DNA of 62,567 nucleotides, filler included, from Basidiobolus ranarum (GCA_040143965.1; 23 parts of 23 records of this genome joined end to end with filler, not necessarily neighbours in it), one strand, 5' to 3'; positions 1 to 13,239 are shown, counted from the whole stretch's first letter. Notes: generated by a model from the sequence alone, not told the origin. Numbers and translations: made by a program.

Positions 1-253
1 GCATTTGAGTGGTAATTGTGTAAAATTTGAGTTATGTTTCATGCACATGTGTTGATCCATAGTTCTCTGAGATTGTAGCCAATCATGTGCAACTATTTTG
101 CAAGATCTTGAAATATCACTCCTGAAACTGAAAAAATTGATTAACATCAAATCTAACTTGACAATTTTATGATGGTAGGTAAATGGTCAATCCCAAATGG
201 ATTAAAATTGTGACAGTTTTCCTACAATAACAATCCTCAAATTTCTGTTAGGG
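1..253 (+). mobile_element. CACTA/EnSpm-like element terminus (accessory-ORF side), ending in TIR ATTTCTGTTAGGG
   Basis: The same ~250 bp occurs at 4468-4718 and 14358-14607; all three stop matching right after TGTTAGGG. Confidence 0.8.
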
Positions 254-2032
254 TGTTGTTGAATGAGCTTTAGCAGCAGTAATGAGTATTCAGAAATAGT
301 AGTAAATATTGTGCTCTCTATGCATGTTATCAAGCAGAACTAACCTATTTGGCTTTTTGCACCAACCAGCATTATCTGTACCAAGTATAGCTAATCAAGA
401 GGACTTTCAGGAGAAACTTAATCAGCAATGATACCTGAATGTAGGATTTCCTCCAATTTGAACAAAAACATCTCAGCAGGAGTGTGCTGATTATATGTGT
501 AAGTCTCACATCATGAATCAATGGGCTATAGAAGAGCAGTTAAATTTAACCAGAATAAAATGAACAAAAGACAATATATTTCATGGTGCCATGTGGTGAT
601 CATACTAAGCCATTAAGCACTGAGTTTTCTGCCAAGACACTAGTTGATATGAGTCCCAAGGACCATAACCAAGGATCTTTCACTGGCAAGACTTGAGCTG
701 TTACTTGACTCTATTATCTATTTAAATCTATCCAATCATATCTTCTTTGATCAGAGTTAGTAATCAATTTTTGTGGTGCCAGCTAATATTCTTTGCTATG
801 AGACAATATAAATAAAGTCAACTGAATCTTTTGGTTTAGTTTGCAGCTCAACAAATATTAGTATTGTACAACCAGCCTATTGTGTCTCAACAAATATTAG
901 ACTTCTGCACCTCCCAGAGTGTCTCAACATTTTCAACATTCCTCCCCATGTCTATTAAACCCTAGTTATCACTAGCACTTATATAATACCAAGCCTAGCT
1001 GACTAGCAAACCAACTCTCTACCATCACCCAGCAAACTACTATTATTCCCTAGACTCATATTAGACAGATCAACTCTGCACAGACAGGTCTAAGATTCTG
1101 CACTTAATTGTTTCTTTGGCTCAGAAAAGTTCAAGACTTTATGTCTACTTTTCTCTTGGACATTACTGACTTTAGTAAGCAGTAAAGCATGTTAGTTGAA
1201 ACATTGAAATAGTCTACCATATATACAGCACCAATGTTTTCCTAATTACTTAATGATTAGTGACTAATATTAGCTCTCTCATCTCAACTAGCACCTTTTC
1301 CAATTTTGTGTTTAGCACTTGGAATAAAAGCAAATAAACAACTACTGAAATATGTTGATTCATAGTAACCAGAGCTTAACTAGCTGGGTGAGCAAGATAC
1401 CTAAAAATTGATGATAGTCATGTTGAAAAGCTTGAAGGTAAAGACATTGTAGGAGTATGCTGCAATTTGCTACTCAATTACAAAATTCAGCTTTATATTA
1501 ATTTGGGAGGGGACCATGCAGATTTGTGGGACAAATATAATGGACAGTGGCACAATATTACAAGATACCCACTAGGAAACTGAAAGAATAGCAGCCTCAT
1601 AATGTCAGTGTAATGGGGGCACTTGATGGTATTGCTGAAGCAAAGTTTTGTTGGATAGTGCCAAAGCTTGGGTTAGAAAACATTTTATCAAAGTTTTTGG
1701 GTTAGTGTTGCAGAGGATTTGCAAATTTTGAAACTTAAAAATTTGTCAACAAGGCAAAAAATGAGCAGTATATGAGCTATATTTCTGAAACACTAACTGA
1801 TCACTACCGGTTGGTTATTTAGCTAAGAATGGGCAATTACTCTGTAATATCTGATTCTAACTATGCTCCAAGTAAAAGGTGTGATTAAATTTAAATCTAG
1901 CTTGATGACTCCATGATTTTATAACCAACAGATTAAACTTAGGATAGTTATCTTGGGATTTCTATATTCAAACTTGTACCATGGTAAGTGAAATCATTTA
2001 CTCATCTTGCATATATTACTAAAGGTTCTCTG

Positions 2033-2279
2033 TGTTGAAATTAGCATTGCCTAAACACCTATATAGTCACATATAGCTTTGTATTTAGTTATCTTATAAT
2101 TCACTAAGATATTATCAGTTATTCTCAATTGGAATTTACTTAGAATATTTTTACCAACTTAGAAGTTATCAGATATATAAATTTTTCAAACATGTGCTAG
2201 AAGCCCCAAACTTTGCACATGTGTTCCTGGGATCTTCCTTAACACATTCTACACATTAGTTTGTATACATCTTGACAAC
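2033..2279 (+). repeat. Truncated copia LTR, family A
   Basis: Starts TGTTGAAATTAGCATTGCCTAAACACC; matches full copies at 31601-31947 (+) and 24824-25170 (-). Confidence 0.85.
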
Positions 2280-2287
2280 ACTAGCAA

Positions 2288-2471
2288 TGGACTTGTTCCA
2301 TTGTGCCAGGATTTATCGGACCTTGGATCAATATATTAGAGTAAATGTGATTGAAACTGATCATGCCAGAGGGTGCTGGATAGTGCCAAATTGTGCTGCA
2401 TAAATTTTAGAATACTTGATCCAATATGATATATACAGCACAATCTGGCACTATCACAGAGAACAAGTCCA
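2288..2471. mobile_element. Short non-autonomous TIR element (MITE, hAT-like termini)
   Basis: Perfect 11-bp inverted repeat TGGACTTGTTC (2288) / GAACAAGTCCA (2461-2471); internal GATAGTGCCA motifs; related end TGGAACAAGTCTA at 14926-14938. No TSD visible. Confidence 0.6.
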
Positions 2472-2633
2472 CTCATTTTGAATTCAGCAGATAAGCTGGA
2501 TTTGGTTTTCTCCCAAATAGTTCTATCTATCTTAATTTGGATTCCAAGATAGTATGTCAGTTCACCAAGATCAGTCATTTTGAATTTGGCAGATAAGCTG
2601 GATTTGGTGTTCTCCAAAGTTTTCAAGTCATTG
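2472..2633 (-). mobile_element. Ty1/copia reverse transcriptase fragment with a ~45-bp internal duplication
   Basis: FKMTDLGELTYYLGIQI motif; TKSSLSA(K/E)FKM appears twice. Confidence 0.85.
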
Positions 2634-2733
2634 NNNNNNNNNNNNNNNNNNNNNNNNNNNNNNNNNNNNNNNNNNNNTTAATTAATTAANNNNNNNNNNN
2701 NNNNNNNNNNNNNNNNNNNNNNNNNNNNNNNNN

Positions 2734-3833
2734 TATAAGCACTGGTGATTTAAGTCCAGATCTGATGGAGAGTCACAAAATATTATGACTCTTATACTGT
2801 TCAGAAGGAGGAAGATTTAAGTTCATTAAAATTATTGGCCAACAAGCCTTTCCAATGATGTTTTTGTTTAGTGAGAAACCATCCAGAGCCAATGCAAATA
2901 CATGATCATTTGTGTTCTCAAAGAAACCTGGACTTTTCAGATTCTGGTAGTGATATCCATCAGGTATATTGGTAATGCCATCAGCTTTACAGTGAGTACT
3001 TTGGTATTAAATCAATGATCAATTCTTGGATGATTTTATAAAAACTTTAAGATGGGGAATCAATGGTATGTAAGCCAAATATGATTGCTATTACCTGATT
3101 CAGTGATTGCCAATTTTGTTCAAGCAGTGCATGACTTCAGGTCATTCAGATCACCGGTGAAAGCCAAACAACCTTTTATACACAAAGGTAGTTTAAATAC
3201 TAGAGGATTATAAGTCATACAATTGACAAGTGATTTCCATTTGTACCAGGTCTGTGGCAAGCAACAGTTGCCAATCAACTGTGGTAAAAATGTAAGAAAA
3301 CCAATAAAAACCTAGTTACTTAGATTGGAGTGAACTCTCCACTCCTCAATAATCAAAGCTGCTTCCTTTACAGTAAGTGTTATCAGTGGACTAATGTTTG
3401 CCAATAATAAAGAGTCCAGAACAAAACCATTGTCTTCATCTTCAACTTTGGATATAATACCATTGATACTGAAATAACCAAGGTCAACATCAAGGAGCAA
3501 GTCCTCAAAGTTGTCTGGACTTACTGGTTTTACCAACGTTGCACTTTGACCTACATCATTCTGTTCATACAACTGTCATAACTCCAGAGTATCTTTACTT
3601 TGGGCAGTGTTACCAAAACTTTGCGGAAAACTACAGTCAGTGGATTCAATGGGCAAAACTAAAGCTGATTTAATGTACTTATTACTGTTGTAATACACCA
3701 GGCTTTGTGCAGTTGGTTGCTCTGTACAGTGACCATGCTTGTGATTATTTTTTCTATGAAGCCTCCAGCTTTCATAGCCCAAGAATTTGCGGCAATATTG
3801 GCAGGGCTTCTTGAGACATTTGTGTGGTGGCAT
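2734..3833 (-). pseudogene. CACTA/EnSpm transposase (Transposase_21/Tnp2-like), 5' part, decayed
   Basis: MPPHKCLKKPCQYC start; motifs LPLC..GCLAF, ALDGF, WPIILxNLNLPPSEQYK, interrupted by stops and frameshifts. Confidence 0.85.
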
Positions 3834-4045
3834 GAGAGGGATATTGTAGAAAAAAGAACACCTCCCATTTAAGGGTGGTATTTTAGGTATAGCCCATCAA
3901 TATTATCAGCTGATTCTAAGATGGTGTCACAGAGGAGTCATCAGGGGATTTACATGATATTTCCGGTAATGGATGGCAATTTTGGTTTATTATAAGCTGT
4001 TTCTAAGCAAATTTATTACACCAAGTTTACCATCTGAAAATTTCA

Positions 4046-4455
4046 ATGCCATTCAAAAAGCATTCAAAATCTAAGTCAAAATTGGCTTTGAAGCCAAAGC
4101 CTACTGGCACAAAAGGAAAAAAACCAGCAAGAACAAGTACTTAATTGATGAGCAGTCTAGCAATCCCCTATCCACTTTGCAAGGCATTAACATGCCGGAA
4201 ACTAACTCAAGTAATGATGAAGCATTGATCAATTTACCTGATGTGTTCCTTTCCCGCAATAGTGCAAGTGAAGAGATGGTAATCCCCCAATTATATAGTA
4301 AATCAATAGTTGAGCAAAGTTCAACTGAAACACTGTCAAGACCATCACCTTCCAGAATGGCTACTTTGCCAACTATTGAACAACCCTCCATAGGAAATTT
4401 GGATAGAATTATTACAACAAGGGAATTGCAGGCAGAACACCATAATGATTTATAG
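4046..4455 (+). pseudogene. Accessory ORF2 of the CACTA element (divergent from the transposase), internally deleted
   Basis: MPFKKHSKSKSKL...NMPETNSSNDEALINLP...; homologous to 5467-6129, 19346-20054 and 53524-54413. Confidence 0.7.
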
Positions 4456-4467
4456 GTAACAAATTAG

Positions 4468-4718
4468 CATTCAAGTGGTAATTGTGTAAAATTTGAGTAA
4501 CATATTTTGCACATGTGTTGATCCATAGTTCTCTGAGATTGTAGCCAATCATGTGCAACGATTTTGTAAAATCTTTGAATTTCACTCCTGAAACTGAAAA
4601 ATTGATTGGAATCAAAGCTAACTTGCCAATTTTATGATGGTAAGTAAACGGTCAATCCCAAATGGATTAAAATTGTGATGGTTTTCATACAATAACAATC
4701 CTCAAATTTCTGTTAGGG
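4468..4718 (+). mobile_element. CACTA terminus with TIR, abutting gypsy integrase
   Basis: Copy of 1-253; gypsy sequence begins immediately after TGTTAGGG. Confidence 0.8.
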
Positions 4719-5090
4719 AAATATCCTTAAGGAAAGTGGCATTGTCTGAGGCAGCAGAGCAAGGTAGATTGGATGATGGGTGAATTGTGAAACAAGGATG
4801 GAATTCATAATTTGCAATGAAAGGAGTATGTTTTGTTGAGGTATGATAAGAGTTGTTGTAAGCAAATTCAGCCAGAGGCAAGAGTTGTATCTAATTATCT
4901 GCATTATCATTTATAGTGCATTGCAAATATTGTTCCAAAACTTGATTGACTCTTTCTGTTTGGCCATCAGATTGGGGATGGAAGGCAGTGGAGAGATTGG
5001 CAGAGATACCCATGGTATGGAGGAGACTTTTCCAGATTTTGAAGCAAACTGAGGTCCTTGATCAGGAATTGGAAGTGGCTGTAGGAGGCC
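4719..5090 (-). mobile_element. Ty3/gypsy integrase fragment
   Basis: DQGPQFASK and [17 protein letters not shown] motifs; homologous to ~56570-56920. Confidence 0.85.
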
Positions 5091-5466
5091 ATAGGACTGA
5101 TGTCTTGGAGTCTTCACTCAAGCACCAATATCACAGGTGGAAACATAAGACTTGACAAATGAAAACATTTTGGGCCACCAATAATCCCTGGATGCCAACA
5201 TATATCATTTGGCAACACCAAAGTGTCCTGCAAGTGGTGAGTCATGTCTTTCCTGCATGATTTTGAGTCTGGAAGTGTGGTCTGGAATGTAAAGGCACTT
5301 CTTATAAAACAAGAGAACATTGACGATAGAGAAATGGCAGTACAAGTTCAAGCTTGAGAAGTCTTTNNNNNNNNNNNNNNNNNNNNNNNNNNNNNNNNNN
5401 NNNNNNNNNNTTAATTAATTAANNNNNNNNNNNNNNNNNNNNNNNNNNNNNNNNNNNNNNNNNNNN

Positions 5467-8098
5467 TTCTGCTCTGCTAGATTGTCACGGTGACGTTCAT
5501 ATGTATGGTGTGGGATTGATTGAAATCCCGTATGAGAATGGACGGAGGGAGCAGCATGTTGCTGTAGCTCAAGTACAGCATTCTGAAGGTCTTGTATCAT
5601 TGTTGAGTGACTCTCTAACTGTTGACTAGTTGCTTCCAAATGCTTTATTACTTGCAATATTGCGGTGTCATTGCTTGTCATGGATGGTACAGCAACTTTG
5701 TAGCTTTTATTTATGATTGCATACAAATCATTACAGTGTTCTGCCTGTGATTCTCTTGTTGTGATAATGCTATCCAAATTTTCTATAAAGTGTTGTCTAA
5801 AGTGGGCAAAGTAGCCATTTTGGAAGTTGCAGACCTTAATGGTGTTCTGGTTGCACTTTGCTCAACTATTGATTTACTATGTAATATGGGATTAAAATAT
5901 CTTTGCTGGTACAATTCCTGGCAAGGAACACATGTGGTAAGTCAATTAATGCTTCACCATTACTCAAGTTAGTTTCCAGCATGTTAATGCTTTCCAAAGG
6001 GGATAGTGATATGCTAGTTCCCTCTTCAATTTTGTCCTCTGTTCTTGTTGGTTTTTTTCCTTTTGCAGCAGCAGGCTATGGCTTAGAAGCCAATATTGAT
6101 CTAGATTTTGAATGCTTTTTGAATGTCATTGAAATTGTTAGATGACAAACTTGGTGTAATGAATTAGGTTCAAAACAGCTTATAATAAACCAATTTTGTC
6201 ATTGATTACCAGATATATCTTGTAAATCCACTGATGACTTATCTTTGACCCTTTTTCAGAACCAACCAGTGATATTGCCAGGCTATACCTAAAATAGCAC
6301 TCTAATGTAGGAGGTGTTGTTTTTTTCACAATATTCTTCTCAAGCTACTACACAAACATTTAAAGAAGCCCTGCTATCATTGTCACAAATTCCTATGCTA
6401 TGAAGGCCAGAGGCTTCATAGATAAAATAAGACAAGCATGGTCACTATACAAAGCTACAAGCTGCACAAAGCCTGGTGTATAACAACAGTAATAAGTGCA
6501 CTAAATTGACTTTAGTTTTGCCCACTGAGTCCACTGACTGTACTTTGCCTCAAAGTTTTGGTAACACTGCCAAAAGTCAAGATACCATGGAGTTACCACA
6601 GTTATATGACCAGAAAGATGTAGGTAGAACTGCAACTTTGGTCAAACCAGTAAGTCCTGACCACTTTAAGGACTTGCCACTAGATGTTGACATGGCTGTT
6701 CCAGTACTGATGGTACTATAACAGGAGTTGAAGAAGAAGTCAATGGTTTTGTCATGGACTCTTTGTTGTTGGCAAGCATAAGTCCACTCACAACACTTAC
6801 AGTAAAGGAAGCAGCTACGATTATTAAGGAGTGGAGAGTTCAATCCAATCTTAGCAACCAGGTGTTTATTGGTTTTCTTACACTTTACTACAGTTGGTAG
6901 GCAACTGTTGCTTGCCACAGACCTGGTACAAGGGGAAAGCACTTGTCAATTGTATGACTTATAAACCTTCAGCAATTATACTCCCTTCATGTTCAAATGG
7001 TTGTTTGGCTTTCACCAGGGATCTGAAAAACCTGAAGTCATGTACTGCTTGGACACAATTGGCAAATACAGAATCAGGTAAATACTGATCATATTTGGCT
7101 TACATACTGTTGATTCCCCATCTTAAAGTTTTGATGAAATCACCCAAATATATATCATTGATCTAATACCAAAGTACTCACATAGAAAGCTGATGGTATT
7201 ATCAATATACTGATGGATATCACAACCAGAACTAGAAAAGTCAAGGTTTCTTTGAGAACAAATATGATCATTGGCTCTGGATGTCACTAAACAAATATTT
7301 TATTGGAAAGGCTTGCTGGCCAACAATTTTATTTAACTCAAATCTTCCTCCTTCTGAAAGGTATAAGAGTCAAACATTTTGATACCATCCATCATATCTG
7401 GACCTAAATAACCAGTGCTTATAGATAGCTTCTTGGAGCCTTTGATTGCAGAATTTGAACGGTTATCTAATGGGGTTCAGATGGGTGAGTATTTTATTAA
7501 AGCTAATATTATTGTATGTATTTGTGAAACTCCTGCCATCAGTAAACTTGGAGGTTTTGTGGGCACAGTGCACCATCTTGCTGTAGATTTTGACAAATCA
7601 ATGGAGTTTACTCTATCAAGTATACACATTACTACTATCCAAATACAACACTAAACTCCATGTTTTTACCATCAAGAGCCCCATCAGATTTTAACATTAT
7701 TACCAATATCAATTCACCAAATAGTCAGTCTAACCTCAAACTTGTGTTAGCAGTAAGCCTAAGATTATATTGCTTAACAAGATCAGCTGGAGCCAGAGCT
7801 TCCCATTAGACACTATGCACTTGCTATTCAACAACATTCCAATACCACTAACTCAGCTATATAGTGGAAAATTCAATATGAGTGAGCCTTTTGAGATAGG
7901 ATCAAAGTTTGAATTGATTGGGAGGATGCTTGAAAACATCAAGAAACCATCATATTTTACCAGGACCGCCATCAATATCCACTCATCTAGGTGTTTGTTC
8001 AAATGCAAAGACTAGAAGTATTGGATTTGTATATATTCAAGTGGAATCTTGAAATGCTTTCTGCCCAACAAGTATTGGCAACATTGGCAGTTGTTTGT
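5467..8098 (+). mobile_element. CACTA element internal region: ORF2 (5467-6129, -) and decayed transposase (~6340-8098, +)
   Basis: NLPPSERYK, IISGPK.PVLIDSFLEPLIAEFERLSNGV, TPAISKLGGFVG, LDTMHLLFNN, FKCKD motifs typical of Transposase_21. Confidence 0.9.
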
Positions 8099-8198
8099 NN
8101 NNNNNNNNNNNNNNNNNNNNNNNNNNNNNNNNNNNNNNNNNNTTAATTAATTAANNNNNNNNNNNNNNNNNNNNNNNNNNNNNNNNNNNNNNNNNNNN

Positions 8199-8960
8199 AA
8201 AATGATTAAAGGCATCTGATTGAGATTTCTTCCAATTAGAGCATTAAACACACACTTTCAAATGGTAGAACTGAGTGCTAAATAATCAAGATATGAACAA
8301 TTTTACTAATAAGTAATGAGTTGTTATTTATCTAACTTCAATATTCCTACTCAACACTTATTTTGTATTAATAACAGTGTTTAAGGGATGATGAAGTGTT
8401 TTGGACAAGATTTGAATTTGTGAATTAGACAGTTAGGTTTTAAAACTTTGAGTATGTCCCATTTATAGTTTACTTTGAAATAGGACTATTGGATATGCTT
8501 AAATCACAACAAACATGCCTGTTAAGCAGGGGTGAAAATTTGAGGTGATTTGGAGAAGTTTTGAGAAATTAGTAAAAATAGGTAAAGTGATCTAATTGAT
8601 GGAAATGACAATTGGAGAAATAAGCATATGTTTCTGAAAGGCCTAATTAAGTGCTAAATAATCAGAGTATGAATAAACTAACTACTCAGTAATGAGTTGC
8701 TATTTACCTAATTTCAATATATGTTTCTCTTAACCTAGGCTATATCTGAAAAATTCAGATTTTACTTTCGTTAAGGGTTTGATAAGATGTCAGCAATCAT
8801 TTGTTCAGTAGGGCAATAGACAAGTTCCATTATACCTTTCTCTTTTGCTTCTCAAACAAAAAGCTGCCTAGCATCTATGTGCTTTGACCTAGCATGAAAT
8901 GTAGGGCTTTTAGCTAATGAGATACAACTCATTATACCTGGTTTTTAGTTTTTCCACAAT
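8199..8960 (-). mobile_element. Copia 3' end (RNase H, PPT, partial LTR family B) with a second LTR-B copy nested at ~8370-8719
   Basis: FHARSKHID and YCPTEQMIADIL on the - strand; LTR matches 54663-55014. Confidence 0.8.
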
Positions 8961-8964
8961 TAGC

Positions 8965-10653
8965 TCAATTCAATGTGAATCTTCCTCCTTCTGAGCAGCA
9001 TAACATACATAATATTTTGTTACTATCCATTGTATCTGGAGCTGATAGATAGCTTCTTGGGGCCTTTGATTGCAGAATTTGAATAGTTATCCAAAGGGGT
9101 TCAGATGAGTAAATATTTTTTAACACTAATGTCTTTGTAATTATTGGTGACACTCCTGTAGTCAGTAAACTTGGAGGTTTTGTGAGTGCAATGCACTATC
9201 TGGCTGTATATTCTATCAAATAATTGGAGCTTACTCTATCAGGCACATGCATTACTACTATCCAACTCAACACTAAACTGCATGATTTTACTGCCATGAG
9301 CCTGGTCAGATTTCAACTTGCTCACAGATATCAGTTCACCAAATAGTCAGTCTAACATCCAACTTGAGATTAGTTGTAAGCCTAAGAATGCATTGCTAAA
9401 GGGATCAGCTGGAGCCAGGGCTTCCCATTAGGCACTATGCACTTACTATTCCACAACTTTCAATACAACTTACTCAGCTATATTGTGGAAAATTGAATAT
9501 GATTGGTAATTTGAAATAGGAGCAATATTTGAATTGTTTGGGAAAATTCTTGAAAATGTCAAGATGCCATCATATTTTGCACAGACTGCCCTGAATATCC
9601 ACTCATCTAGGCATTTATTAAAATGCAAAGACTGGAAGTGATGGATTTGTAAATATTCAAGTGGAATCTTGAAAAGATTTCAGCCTGATACATACTGGCA
9701 ACAATGGGAGCTGTTTCTGGATATTGAAATGATCCTCCATGGGAAGTCTTCAATATTACTGCATGCACATCTGATTGATACTGTATCAGCAAAATCAATG
9801 AGTGGTATAGTTCACAGGATCAAGAAGACTCTAGAGTATATTAGACTTCCCACAAATGGCTCTTTCCAAATTGCTCAAGAGTTTTAGCATTGGTTGAGCA
9901 CAATAACATCAATAAGACCCAATCCATGGATGCAGTGTAATACCTCTATAACATGGACTTTTCTGTTTGTGAGATATTCCGATGGTATTTCTAGGAAAGC
10001 TGCAGGAAAGACTTCTTGGTGAGGTAGATCAAGATACTAGGTGTTATGATTTTAGCCCTGGGATGATCTATTCAAGCAATAACATATCAACTAGTAGCTG
10101 GATATTAGTTGATTGCAAGTTGTGGATATTTGGGATGAATTCATCAATGCAATTTGCCAATATACAAAATCTTAATCTCATAGTCAATGGTTACAAGTGT
10201 GAATTTTTTGCCAAGTGTCAGTGCCACTCTAAATTTCAGATGTTTGGCAATCTTTCCACCTTTAGTTTGCTGCTCAAGCATATTGATGTAGTTGAGTTAT
10301 ACTTGATCAGTCAAATATGTACATATGTTCAGACCAAATGCAACAAAATTTTTCTATTTTTTGATTCTCATTATGACTGGAATACAAAGCTTAGAGTATA
10401 AAAATAAAGGCATGCATAATAATTCATAATTCTATAGCAGTAAGCACAGTAATTTGCCATTTGAAAGTTTGGTTTTGCAAAAATTATGGAAATTAAATCT
10501 AGCATGCCAAATGTGAAGATCAAAACTTACCCATGTATGAATACCATCATAATACCATTAGGTAGCCACCACCTCACCATCAAGATATCTGGCAGAATGC
10601 AAGCCACCAGTATTGTGGCAGTGCTCTAATGGCTTGGTTCTTCAGAAAGATGG
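8965..10653 (+). mobile_element. CACTA transposase C-terminal half and 3' subterminal region, decayed
   Basis: NLPPSEQ, GDTPVVSKLGGF, KCKDWK motifs; 3' region matches 15840-16045 and 19113-19345. Confidence 0.85.
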
Positions 10654-10828
10654 TGATATGATTTTGATCTCAGCATACTGATCCACTGCAAATAGAACTC
10701 TTTTATTATTAGATTATGACATCAGATCTACTGTGCCATCCCTTCTTGGCAATCTTGTGTCAGTTCATCCAGATTACTTTACATGGAAGTGATGTTATTT
10801 GGAACAATCAACTAAACATAACCAATCA
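10654..10828 (+). repeat. Gypsy (chromovirus) LTR, partial
   Basis: Matches the start of the LTR at 22360-22874. Confidence 0.75.
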
Positions 10829-11832
10829 NNNNNNNNNNNNNNNNNNNNNNNNNNNNNNNNNNNNNNNNNNNNTTAATTAATTAANNNNNNNNNNNNNNNN
10901 NNNNNNNNNNNNNNNNNNNNNNNNNNNNCCTTATCATTGTGCACCATTGTCAAAAAATTAGAATAGGGTAAGTCTTATAGAAGTTACATTCCTGGTCAGG
11001 GTTATCCTTATACAAGTATATATTCCTGGCCATGCGATACTAAGTAGTGTTCTAAAACTACCATTTGCGTACGATAGGCAGTAGCGTAGATAAAGCAGGA
11101 TATGCCCCATAGTACAGAGTAGATTATTCAGCATTATGAGTTAGTAATATATAAAATAGAAGTGTAGCCTACTTGAACTGAAACCACACAGGTAACTGAA
11201 TGCAAAACGGGTGGAGATTGATAGGTAAGCAACCTAAAGTTCTGTTACTTGGATTCTAGTCACATTCAAATGTAGATTAGAGGTGTGATGATTTCTTTTA
11301 GAGTATTGACTTGCATCGTTGATTTCTAACTCGGAGTTATGTATTTGTTCAAACCCCGCTTTTGATTTAATGATTAAGTCATTACTTTTAGCTCATGGGT
11401 TGTAAACTAAGTACAATGCTCTATATATTAATTACTAAATCACGGCAATACTCTCATAATACTTCCGGCTGATGTGAGAAACGCCCTCTAGTAACCATAA
11501 TATGCATTGTTCGGTATCGTGAATCTTGATATGTGGCCTGCTAATGTCACCAGAGATTTTGGTAATTAGAGACAATCAAATTGCTTCTGAGATGAATAGG
11601 TAACCATAGGTATGATATACGTAGTGAATCGTGTGCAGTTTACTCGTGGTACAGTGAAGTTCCAAAAATGTCTATGGGGTCTACCTTGGATACCAGCGCT
11701 GTGCTACTACGACTATACCCACAAATTTCCTACCTTAAGTTCTAGACTCGCCAATTTCAATCTCACCTAATGCTACATAAAAGAAGCAGCTCCAATGCCA
11801 GATAAAAGTAGTATTACTACTAAAGCACAACT

Positions 11833-12228
11833 ATGAAATTCACTTCCCTGATTCTTGCCGCTGGTCTCTTTGTTAGCAGCGCAACTGCTGCGAAATGGCA
11901 TTTCTACCTAACCTCCAAGGGTTCATTCTATGTTCCCGGTGGCGATGCTTACATGGATTTTGCTAATGGAGAGGGCTACAAATGTGCTGATAGATGGGGC
12001 TTCAGTGATAGAAACACCTGGAACAGCATGGTCACTAGAACTCCTTCCTACCACTGCAGCGACATTTGGGGATGGGATCTTGATAACTACAAGGAGAAAG
12101 GAAACGACTATACTGGCTACAAAGCAACAGCCGATGTCATCCTTTACTACGCAAACATATCCAGAAGAAAGAATGGTGTTCCAGTCACTGTCACTGGATT
12201 AACACACACCATTGATGTGGATATCTAA
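11833..12228 (+). CDS. Small secreted protein, 131 aa, unknown family (copy 1)
   Basis: Intronless ORF; signal peptide MKFTSLILAAGLFVSSATA; TATA-like TACATAAAAG at ~11774; AATAAA at ~12285; duplicated downstream. Confidence 0.9.
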   Translation: MKFTSLILAAGLFVSSATAAKWHFYLTSKGSFYVPGGDAYMDFANGEGYKCADRWGFSDRNTWNSMVTRTPSYHCSDIWGWDLDNYKEKGNDYTGYKATADVILYYANISRRKNGVPVTVTGLTHTIDVDI

Positions 12229-13239
12229 AGAGGACTCTTTACACATGGATATCTACGCACATACGGAGTGGTTAGCAATTTTATGAATAAATATACAGTA
12301 ACGCTGAATACTTCCACGTAGTATAATTTCTCTTATTCACCTTTCTTTATTCTGAAATTATCTTGAGTGAAGTATATACAACCTTTTCATTATTCTTTAC
12401 AGCAATTGGTACATTATTCAAGATTTTGAACAATCAAAGGTCAAGTTCTCAATCAGTAGTTTTGTAGCCAACTATAAGTTTCGAAGTTCCAATTCCTCCG
12501 TCGTTAGTTGGGGGATCTTCGCGCTACGGTAAGCTTTAGTATAGCCAAAACCCTCTCCATGCTTAATATCATCATATTTTGAGTTAGTGAATCTTCCCTG
12601 TTTTGGACTGATGAAAGTTCAATTGGGTCGCATTAATGGCAACACTGAATCACGAAAGTGAACCAAAAATATGAAGAAAGTGTGATATACGATGCTAGTA
12701 CAACATAGGTGTGCAATGGGTATAAATGCCTTTTTTCATCATTGTTTCTATTGGCCTGTTACCTGGTAGTTCAACATAGAGCAATACATAGATTTTTGCA
12801 GCTTGTGAACCAATTTTGTCAAATTTTCTCACCTTGTGAACCAATTCTGTCAGGTCTCCGCCCAAAATATTTGTACCTTAATAGAAACTCTTCTTAGTAC
12901 TACCAAACGTTCAACATCAGAGGCTAGATATTACTTAATATGCTCTTCCTAAATGGCTCAGCGTATCTAGATATAGACAACGTCTGCAAATGGGCTCCTC
13001 ATGCTATACCTTCTGACCTTTTCACTAAAAAATGGTCAGTGTTCTCATGTCTAACGCTGATTAATTCAAAAAGTTCAATTCATTAAGTGTTACACTGAAG
13101 GCTAGAGCTATACCCACAACATGGCTCGGATAGGCCTAGCATATGGGGCTTACTTACCTATATCAATCTTACTTAGTGCTATATAAAAGAAGCAGCTCCA
13201 ATGCCAGATGAGGGTATCATTACCACCAAAAGCGCAACT

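Noticed and set aside
246..253. TTAGGG at element ends as telomere or telomere-targeting signal
   Set aside because: A single unit, part of the TIR, with different internal flanks; no telomeric array.
254..940. TGTTG...CAACA segment as a solo LTR
   Set aside because: No TSD and no second copy in the window; probably repeat-derived but unclassifiable.
2678..2689. Regularly spaced TTAATTAATTAA palindrome as a CRISPR or biological repeat
   Set aside because: Embedded in N runs; it is an assembly linker with stops in six frames.
11930..12202. Overlapping 90-aa ORF, also at 13337
   Set aside because: Alternative frame of the secreted gene; conserved only because the DNA is identical.
13201..13239. 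Upstream ATG extending copy 2 of the secreted protein
   Set aside because: About 20 bp from the TATA box and not in frame in copy 1; the shared start is 13240.
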